This document shows, one piece after another, positions 10,401-19,400 of a DNA stretch of 41,229 bases (its first letter is position 1; the number at the start of each line of letters is the position of its first letter). The DNA comes from Candidatus Micrarchaeota archaeon. GTDB lineage: Archaea > Micrarchaeota > Micrarchaeia > Anstonellales > Bilamarchaeaceae. A model generated the notes under the pieces. The model ran no database searches. It worked only from the letters and a program-made list of their open reading frames with translations, and had not been told where the DNA came from. The DNA is taken from the NCBI GenBank assembly GCA_040758235.1, contig JBFLVW010000027.1, forward strand, positions 1-41,229, read 5' to 3'. The position numbers were made by a program, and so were the translations under genes.

Positions 10401-13400
10401 CTTCGAGGAAAGGCTCTCCAGGTCGCGCGCCTTCGCAAGGGCGAGGCGGAGCATCATCCCCGACTTGTTCCCTTCTGCCGCATCGGCGAATTCCGGCCTG
10501 CCCGCGAGCTCCTGGACGGTTTTCCTGTAAGCCTCCGGCACGTTGAGGATTGCCTTGTCGGATGCCGCACCTCCCCGGATTGCTTCAAGGTATCTTTTTC
10601 CGTAATATACTAGTCCGACTGCGGCGCTGAAATGCTCCTCCGAATAGTTGATGGCCGATTCATTCCTCCCTATCGTGTACACTTTGCCCCCTTCACCCGC
10701 GGCGATGGATGTGACGGTAGTCTCGAGCTCGCGGCCGAGCCGGCCCTGCTCCTCCCTTTCCAGCTTCTGCGCCTCGGCTTTCCGCGCCTCATCCAGCTCT
10801 TTGATGACCCTTTGGGGCTTCTCCGCAAGAGACTTATCATATGCGGCCATCGACTCGTCAACATTCCTCCCGGACTTCCTCGCATCAACGTACGCTTTCT
10901 GCTCGATGGGAAGCTCGGACGCGCTCTTCTCCCCCCTCCTCACCTTGTGGAAGGCCTCCTCGTTGGCTTTCGCCTGGGGCGAGCGCTTAAGCGACTGCTC
11001 GTATGCGAAGAACCCGGCTATGGCCTCGTCCCTCGATGCGCCGCGGGCCCTCTGCTCCGCATAGACGTACTCGTAGTCGCTCATCGCTGAGACGCTTTTT
11101 CTGCCGCCGGCAAGTGCCGTGTAGGACGCCTCATAGAACAGCCTTTTAGCGCCCGGGTCGTTCTCGACGTAATTTTCGAAGCTGGTGGCCTTTCCCGACT
11201 CCCGCGCCGCCCGGTAGTCCTTTATCAGCTGGCTCTCGGCATCGGGGGCGAACTCGACGCCCCTTTTCGCCTTGTATGCCGTGTAAGCGTCGCGCTCGGC
11301 AACAGGAAGCTTGCGGAATTCCCGCTTGTAGGAGGCATAGCTTTTCGCGACGGCATGTACATCTGCGGCGTCCCATGGGGTTCCGAGCGTCAGCGCCTCG
11401 ACTGTCTGCAGCCACTTCGGCCTGTAGGCCGGTATCCCGGTCCTCATCCCGACCGAGGCCCGGTAGGAGTGGAGGCCCGTCTGCACTATCGGGAGCGCGA
11501 CCGAGCCGATTTGCGCCGCCGCCTCCCACCATGTCATGTCGCCTTTTTCGACGGCCTTGAGGATGTCCTTGTAATTCCACAGCCCCTGGACGGTCCCTAT
11601 CCCTATCATCCCGATGCCGGCATAGGAGACCATGCGCTGGCCCATAGTGAGCGTCATCGTCTCCCCGGCTCCGAGAATCATGACCCCCTCGGTCGCGGCC
11701 GCCCTGACCTGCTGCCACTTCCCGATGCCGGGGAGCACAGGCGTCAGGACCGTCGTCACGACCTGCAGGCCGAAGAAGCCCTTCTCCTTCCCGGACATGT
11801 ACTCCCAGCCGCCCTCCTGCTTGTAGTATTCATAGGCGGCGGAGGCGCCCTCGACGGTGAGCTCAGCGATTGCCGCGGCGCCGGAAACGCCGCCGGTGAA
11901 CGGGCTCGCAGCGAACTGGCCCGCGATGCGCACCATCTTCACCACGAACAGCGTTGTGTTCTGCGCGCTCTGCATCCATTTCATGTCCTTGACGTGCTTG
12001 TTCGTCTCCTCGTCCGAATCCTTCCAGGTTCCTCCTTCCTTGACCCACGCCTTCCCTGCCTCGAAATTGTATTTTATCTCGGCCTTCCTCTCAGCCTCCA
12101 CCCTGGCTTCGTATTCCTTCCGGTCCGCTTCAGACAGGGGCAGATACGACCCCGGAAGGGGCTTGATCTGCCGGAACCTCATGGTGACTTCGGGGATGGA
12201 ATACTCGTCCATCCCCATCGACAGCCCCGCGGCCTTCGTGAAATGCGTCATCCTCTCCCCGACGCGCATGTAGTAGTCGTTCTGGTCGCCTGCGAAGAAG
12301 ATGTCGATTCCCATCGTGTTTCCGATGAGCGCGTTTCGCAGGAAGCTGAACTGCTCATACGCTTTGGACACCATCTGCGCGTCCTCCCTGCTCCCCTGCC
12401 ACACCTCGTACTTGTAGGCGAATTTCCCCGCGGCCGACTGTTCCTTGTCCTCCGACCTCCTTATCCCTATCACTCCAAGCTCGAGGAAAGTCTGCGCATC
12501 CGCGACGTTTCTGAAGTAGTCGCTGTTGCTTATGCGGTCATACCCGAAGCTCACGAAGTCGGCGGAGGCGTATGCGCTCAGCTCCAGGCCCATGCGCCGG
12601 TTCACATTGGCGAGCTCGTCGCCGAAGCTTATTGCCCTGCGGTCCCACTGGCTCCAGTTCCATTGCCACCTGTTGTGCTGGCCGGGCTCGTTTATCATGA
12701 CTACGAGAGGCTGGTCGTCATACCATGACCGTTCCTTGCTTCCCTTGAACTGGTATATCGGGGCCTCTATCCTGGTTTTGTCTGTGAGGAGGTCGAGGAA
12801 CCTGTAATCGTACTCCGGCCATGTGGCCGCTATCGCCGCCTCGCCCGCATACGCCGCGTTGTTCCTGTGGCCGTGATAAGTCTTTGCATTGTATACCGGA
12901 CCGGCCGTGTAATACTTATCCATTGTCCTGCTTTTCTCTTTGCGCCCCTTCTGCGACGAATCGGCGAGCGCTAGCTCGTCCCCCATCTTCCTCGCCAGTA
13001 TCATTGCGTACGCCCTGCCGTATCCGCTCTGCACCTCCCTCTTCCCGGCCATCGCCCCGCTCGCATACGCTTCCCACTGCGGGAGCTGATTTTCGGCCGT
13101 GTTGTTCAGCCCTTCCTTGGCGTTCTTCCTTATCGTCGGCATTATCGTCGCGAAATCCTCAGGGTTGTCCTGCAGGGCCTGGAAGAACTGCGCGGCCCTC
13201 TGGTTTCTCTCCCGCTCGTCTCTGCCTTCCCAGATGTAGTTGGCCATGTCCTCGTAATTTTTCCCGTTTCTCAGCGTCTTCGATTTCATGCTGTCCGGCA
13301 TTGCGAACAAAATGTCGCCGACCATGGCCGTGTTGATGCTCAGCGCGTCCGCCTTCCCGAACGCCATCGAGTCCCTGGCGTTCAGGTATGCTTCCTCCGC

Positions 13401-16400
13401 CTGCTTCCAGCCGCCACGCGTCTGGCGCTCCTGCCAGAGGTATCCTTTTTCCTGCAGGTCCAGGGGGGCGGTATTGACCATCTCCTCCCAGCCGTTCGCC
13501 ATTCGGAGGTAGCTGCCTTTGATGGAATTCACGACCGCTCCCATCGCGTCGTTCCTGTCCTCGGCCCTGGCCCTCTCCTCCCTGTCCTCTATCTTGTCCG
13601 TGGGTGCAAGGAGCTGCTCCTCGACTTTCCCCGCGGCGAGTATGTTCTCCCACCTCTTCTTCCTTGAAAGTATCGCCTTGTTGTCCAGCTTCTGCGTTTC
13701 GCTGTCCCTCCTTGCGCCGAGTTCGATATCTTCCAGCTCTTTCTGCGCGCCGCGGTGGTTTCCGCTCAGATACATCCTTTTCGCCTGGTTTATCCTCTCG
13801 TAGCTGGCCTTTGCGTCGAAGAATACGGGCTTGCCCTCGAACAGCAGCAGGGAAACGTTCCTGCCATTGTGCTTCACCCTGTCGTTCAGCCCTCCCTCGT
13901 ATTCCACGTAAGCCTGGAGGTCCTGGCTCGATTTGTCGGCCTTCGCGGTGAGCGCCGGAAGGTCGGAGGCCTTCACTTCGCCGGACACGATTTTGCTCCC
14001 CGAAACCGCCTCTTTGTCCTCCAGCGCCTTCTTGTAGAGCGCCTCGAGCTTCGCCAGCTCCGCATCCCTCTCCCTTCCCGGAGGCATATAGCTGATGAGC
14101 ATTTTTCCGATCTCGTAGCTTCTCATCAGGTCGGTCGTTCCCGGTCCGAACGGGGTGCCGAAATCGTTGATGCTGTCCCTGGATGCAGTTATGGGGGTCC
14201 CTGGGGGCACGAATTCGCCGCCGTATCCGCTTCCAGCCTCCTTCGCGAACCTCCGCTCCTCTATGAAATACGAAGCGGCGTCGAAATTCCCCCTCATGAA
14301 GAACTTGGCCTGTCCCGCCCTCCTCTCGCCATCGCGGAAATTCTCGTTCCAGTACAGGCCAACGACCCTCTTGTAGTCCCTCTCCACACCATCGATGTCG
14401 TAGATGAAAACCTCTTCCCTGGACTTCGGCCCGACCTTCTGTCCCAGCTCGATGTATATCTTCGTGAGTTCCTTCATCTCGCCGTTCTCGAATGCGAATT
14501 TGACGCGGTAGCGGTAATCCTGCCTTTCCTTCTCCGGAAGGAGTTCGATGAGCGGATTTATCCTGTTCTCGATGAACGCTTTCGATTTCGTGTACTCCGC
14601 TTCCTCCGTGACGGGCACACCCGCCTTCAGCCCCACTTCTACGTACAGCTCCTGCAGTTTTTTGGTGTCCTTCTGCTCAATCAGCCATTTCAGCTTGTCA
14701 AGATACGCCTGCCGCTCCCCCTCAGGCAGGAGGTTGATGATGCCGCCCACTATCTGCTCGGCGTTGCTCAGGTTGACCTCGTGTATCTCTTTCTTGGCAC
14801 GGGCTATCGACTGGTCCCTTCTCTTCTGGATTGCTTCCTGCCTGGACACCTCCTTCGTCCCCTCCACGGCGTGGGACTCGGCCTGCGCGGCGAGCTGGCG
14901 CGTCCGTCTCTCATCGGCGGCCACGGCCTCGCCCTCGCGCATGATGACGATTCCGTATTCATCGGCATCCACTCCCCTGCCAACGGCGGCGTAGGTCCGG
15001 ATGCCGATTCCGAGGTCAAGCCATCCGTCGTCGCGGCGCTTCGTGTTCAGTTTCAGCCCCTTCTCCAGGCTGAGGATGCCCCCGACGATGGCATCCGAGC
15101 TCCTTATCATCCGGTCGCCGGTCTGGGCTTCACTGGCCGCCTGGGCGTAAAGGCCGTCCGCCGTCTTCTTGTCCCCCGCGATGGCGGCCTTGTCGCCTTC
15201 GGCCTTCAGCCGCAGGGCTTCGTCCATATGCTTTCGCCCCTCTTCAAGCAGCCTCCTCGCTTCCCCGAGCTGGGACGAGACGAACTCAGAATCCGCTACC
15301 TCTTTGGTCCGCGCATAGTACTGGGCGAGCATTTCGTAGCCCGGCCTGCGTTCGGCATCCTGCTGCTTCCCGGCTGCATATTCGTGGGCTTTCTTTATCC
15401 TGGACTTGTCGAACTCCTCCGCCCTCTTTATCTTCAGGAGCCTCTCCGCATCCATGTAAGCCGTGAGGTGTCTGGAGTTTTTCGCTGATATGTCCTCAAG
15501 AGCGGAAATCCCGGCGTCCAAGTCGCCTTTGCCGAGGGCATCCGCAAGCGGCGTCCCGGCGATTATGGCGGAGGCGGCCGAATTCAGCTTCCCCTCCTGG
15601 GGCTTGAACTTATCCTCATGGATGTCGGCGAGGCGCTTTCTCCCCAGCCACTTGAAATCGCCGAGCGTCCCTTCCACGAAAGTAAGGGCGTCCTCCCGCT
15701 TCGCCTGCAGGTCCTTTCCCAGGCTTTTCGCGTCGAGCGCGGCCCATTTCGCGTAGCCTGTCGCGAGTTCCAGGGAGACCTGGAGGTCGTCCTTGTTCCC
15801 GCTCCATGCCGCGAATAGAGCGAGGTCGAAATATGCGGAAGCGTTCCTTCTCTTATCCGCATCCTTTATCGTTCCTTCATACCGAACCCGCTGCTCATAC
15901 ACCATGAGCACATTCCGCGCGACGGACCCCTCTATCTCGTTTTTCCCGTATTGCCTTGCGATGCCAAGGACCCTCTGCCGGTCGCCCTTCTCATCGAGGT
16001 CGGAATATATCGCCGCAGCCGAGGAATACATGGCGGCGTCCTCGAGCGTTCCGGACCTGAGGGCTTCGATGGAATACCCATATATCTCCGCCACTCCCCT
16101 GCGCTCCTCCTTGCCGCGCGCCCTGCCAAACGCCTTCGGAATGGAATCCCCGATGTCGGTGAGGGCGGAAAGCTTCCTCTGGTCCGCCTCACCCCGGGCT
16201 ATTGCGGCTATCGCATCATCGACCGAAATGGAACGCTCCTTGGCGTATGCCGCAATCTTTCCGGCAAGGTCGGGGTCGCTTTCCATCTGTTTCCGAATCC
16301 GCGCCCCCTCCGCCGCTATCTGGCCTTCCGTGGCGATGCTTTCCCCATTGACGATTTTCGTGCGGTATTCCCTAAGGAGCGAAGCCACCTGCGCCATCTG

Positions 16401-19400
16401 AGCTCTCGCTTCCTTTGGCGGGCCTTTCGCCGCCTTCTCGTACTCGTCGATTTTCTGGTCCAGCTGGAGGTAGCCGTTCACCATGCCCAGCTTAGAGGCG
16501 TCGCTCGCGAGACCTGCGGAAAGGGATTCGAGCTCGCCCCGTTCCGCGGGTTTTTTGCCCGGGCTCAGGTATTCCTCCGCAAGGAAGCCGTGCGCAGCGG
16601 CAAGCTCCATCTCCCCGCCGCCTGACAGCGCGGCAAGCGCCCTGTTGTAGAACGCGAGCCCGCCCTTCCTCACATCGGCATCCATCTTCCTTGCGAAGCT
16701 GGCGTCCATCCTCGAAAACATCTCGAGCGCCGCCCTGCCCCTTGCGAGCGCCGATATGTCGCATTTTGCCGGGTCGGCGGCGAAGGAGCCCAGGCCGTCC
16801 GCGAGGGGCTTGACGGCATCCGCCGTGTCCTTGCCGTATTTGCCGGCCCGCGAGTCTATTTCAGCGGACAGGGATTTCGAAAGATATGTTATCAGCTCGT
16901 TTTTCGGCGCCTCTGTTTCATCCGCGCTCTTCGCCTGCGCTACCGCGCCGGAATACTTCAGCAGCTCGGCGCGCTTCGCCTTCGATGCCTTGTCTTTCCC
17001 CGCATATCTCAGAATCTGCTCGGCTGCGAAAATCATGAAGTCGAACAGCCGGGGGTCTCCCGTATTGTCATAAGCGCTGAAAGCGTTCGAATACGCGGCT
17101 AGCGCGTCCTTGTAGAGCGCCGGGTCTGATTCCTTCAGCTCGGCAAGCGCGGGAATTACTTCGCTGAGCTTCCCGAAGCGCACCATCAACGGGCCGTAGA
17201 CGTCGTCGCCAAGGTTCTTCCCGGATTTCAGCTCCGCGATGCGCGCGTCGTTGTCCGCCGCCAGCTTGTCGATGAACGGGAGGAGCTCCGGAGGCGCCTT
17301 CGCGCTGAGCTCAAGAAGCTGGACGTTGTTTCCCCTGAGCGCTCTTTCCTTGGCCTCCCTCTCGTCTTTCGCGAGCTTGACGGCCTTTTCGGCGAAGCTG
17401 AAAATGAACTTGTCCGCATCATCCTTGCCGACTTTTGCGCCGGGTTCGAGGGCCGCGAACATGAACGAAAGCGCCCCGGAAAGGAGCTGCATGCCCGCCG
17501 GACTGAGGAGGGTATCCTTGTTCTTGATGATGAGCCCCATGGCAGCAATCACCATGTCCGCTTTCCACTCCTCCGCGGTCCCTATGTACGCGGACGCGTC
17601 CCGCATGCCCTTGAGTATCTCTGCCGGGAACTGAAGCTCCTCGAGCTTCTTCGCCCCGTCCTCGAGCGATTTTTTCTTCTCGCCGGCCTGGGACCGGGCC
17701 TCCTGCGCCCTTCTCCCGCGCAGATTCACGAGGCTCGCGAACTTAACTGGCTGAACCGGCTTCTCCACCGGGGGCTGCGGCGCCACCGCCGGTCCGGCCT
17801 CCTCCTTCCCCGGCTGGACCCTGTGAGTCCCTGCGGGCACAGGCCCGGCCCTGCTTAAAAGGCCCCGGAATTCCGCATCCGCCTTCTCCTTGCCTGTTTC
17901 CGGCTTCGCGACCGAGGCGACGAACGAGAGCAGCCCGTCAAGCAGCCCCTTGTTTTTCTTTTCGGCGAGCATGCCTTTCCTGCGCAGGAAGAAGCGCGCG
18001 GCGGAGAATATCCTCTCTCCGCGCCACTCCTGCCCCTTCATCCCGAACCATTTCGCCGCGCCCTTCACCGCATCGATGAGGGGCTTGGGGGCTCCGGCCT
18101 CCTCGAGGCCCGCGACAAGCCTCTTCGCTTCGAGAGCCCTCGCGTTGGAGCGCGCGGTCCCGACCAGTCCCTTCGCCTTGTCGGCAGGCCATTCGCCCTT
18201 TTTGATGCCGAGCCCCTTCTCCACTTCCTGGTCTTCCTTCGGGCCTGCAAGGAGTCCGATGAATTTCCCGAGCGCCTCGAAAAGCCCCTTCCCCTTCGAA
18301 TCCCTGGCGAGGTCGCGGTATTGCGAGAACAATTTTGCGGCAGCAAAGGAGAATTTCGCCCTCCATTCGCTCGCGGTCCCGTAGAACCTGTATGCGGCGC
18401 GCACGGCCTTGAGCACGGGCTCCGGAGCGCCGCTCTGCCTCAGGTCCCTCTCGAGCGAAGCGAGCTCCACAAGGCCCTTCGTCTTCCTGTCGGCGGCTCC
18501 AAGCAGCTCCTTCGCCCTCTTCTCGAGGCGCTCGGCCTCGGCTTCGAGCTTCTTCGCTTCCGCGGCCTTCCCCTGCTCCCGGAGCTTCTTTACCTGCCCG
18601 CGCAGCTCGTCCGCCTTCTTCATCGCCGCCGCGGCCTCGCGGTCGAGCTTCCGTATGTCTGCGACCTCCTTCTCGTAGAGCTTCTTCCCGTCCAGGGAAA
18701 TCACGGCCAGTTTCGCAAGCACCGATTCGCGTCCGAGCATGGCCTTCATATCAGCCGGGCTGACCTTCCCTTCCTCCAGCCAGCGGCTGAACCTCTGAAG
18801 CTCCTCCTTCCTCTCCGGGTCCTTTTCGGCGGCATACCTCTTCGCGAGCGTCTTCTGTATGCGCGCCTCCTCCGCCTTCCCGGCCCGCATCGAGCGGATT
18901 CCCCTCGCATAAATCGCGCTCGCAGGCCCGCGGGCGTCGGCCGGCATGCCCTCGAGGTCCTCCTCCGCGGCCTTCGCGAAGGCGAGGGCCGCCGCGGCCT
19001 TGTCCTTCTCGTCTTGAGACGCCTCCCCGCTTTCCATCTTCTCCTTGAGCTTCTTCACTTCCTCTTCGAGTTCCTTTACAGCCACCAAATACTCCTTGTC
19101 CTTCTTGGCCTGGGAAACCGAGCGGAAAAACGCGTCGGACTGGTGTATGAAAGCGAATATCTCCTGCACGGGCCTTGTCACCTGCATGAGGGCCCTCGCG
19201 GCGGCGTCGATGGCCTCCTGCGTGGCGATTTCCCCCGCCGCCGCCCGCTCGCCTATATTCGTTATGTATCCAAAGAGCCCGTCCCTCGCGTTCGCCATGC
19301 CGGGCGTGCCGGAGTCGAGCGACACCCTGTTATCCTTGTAGAAATGCACGCCGCTGTAAAGCGAGTCGGACCAGCCCTCGCCGCCGGCACCCGCACGCTG

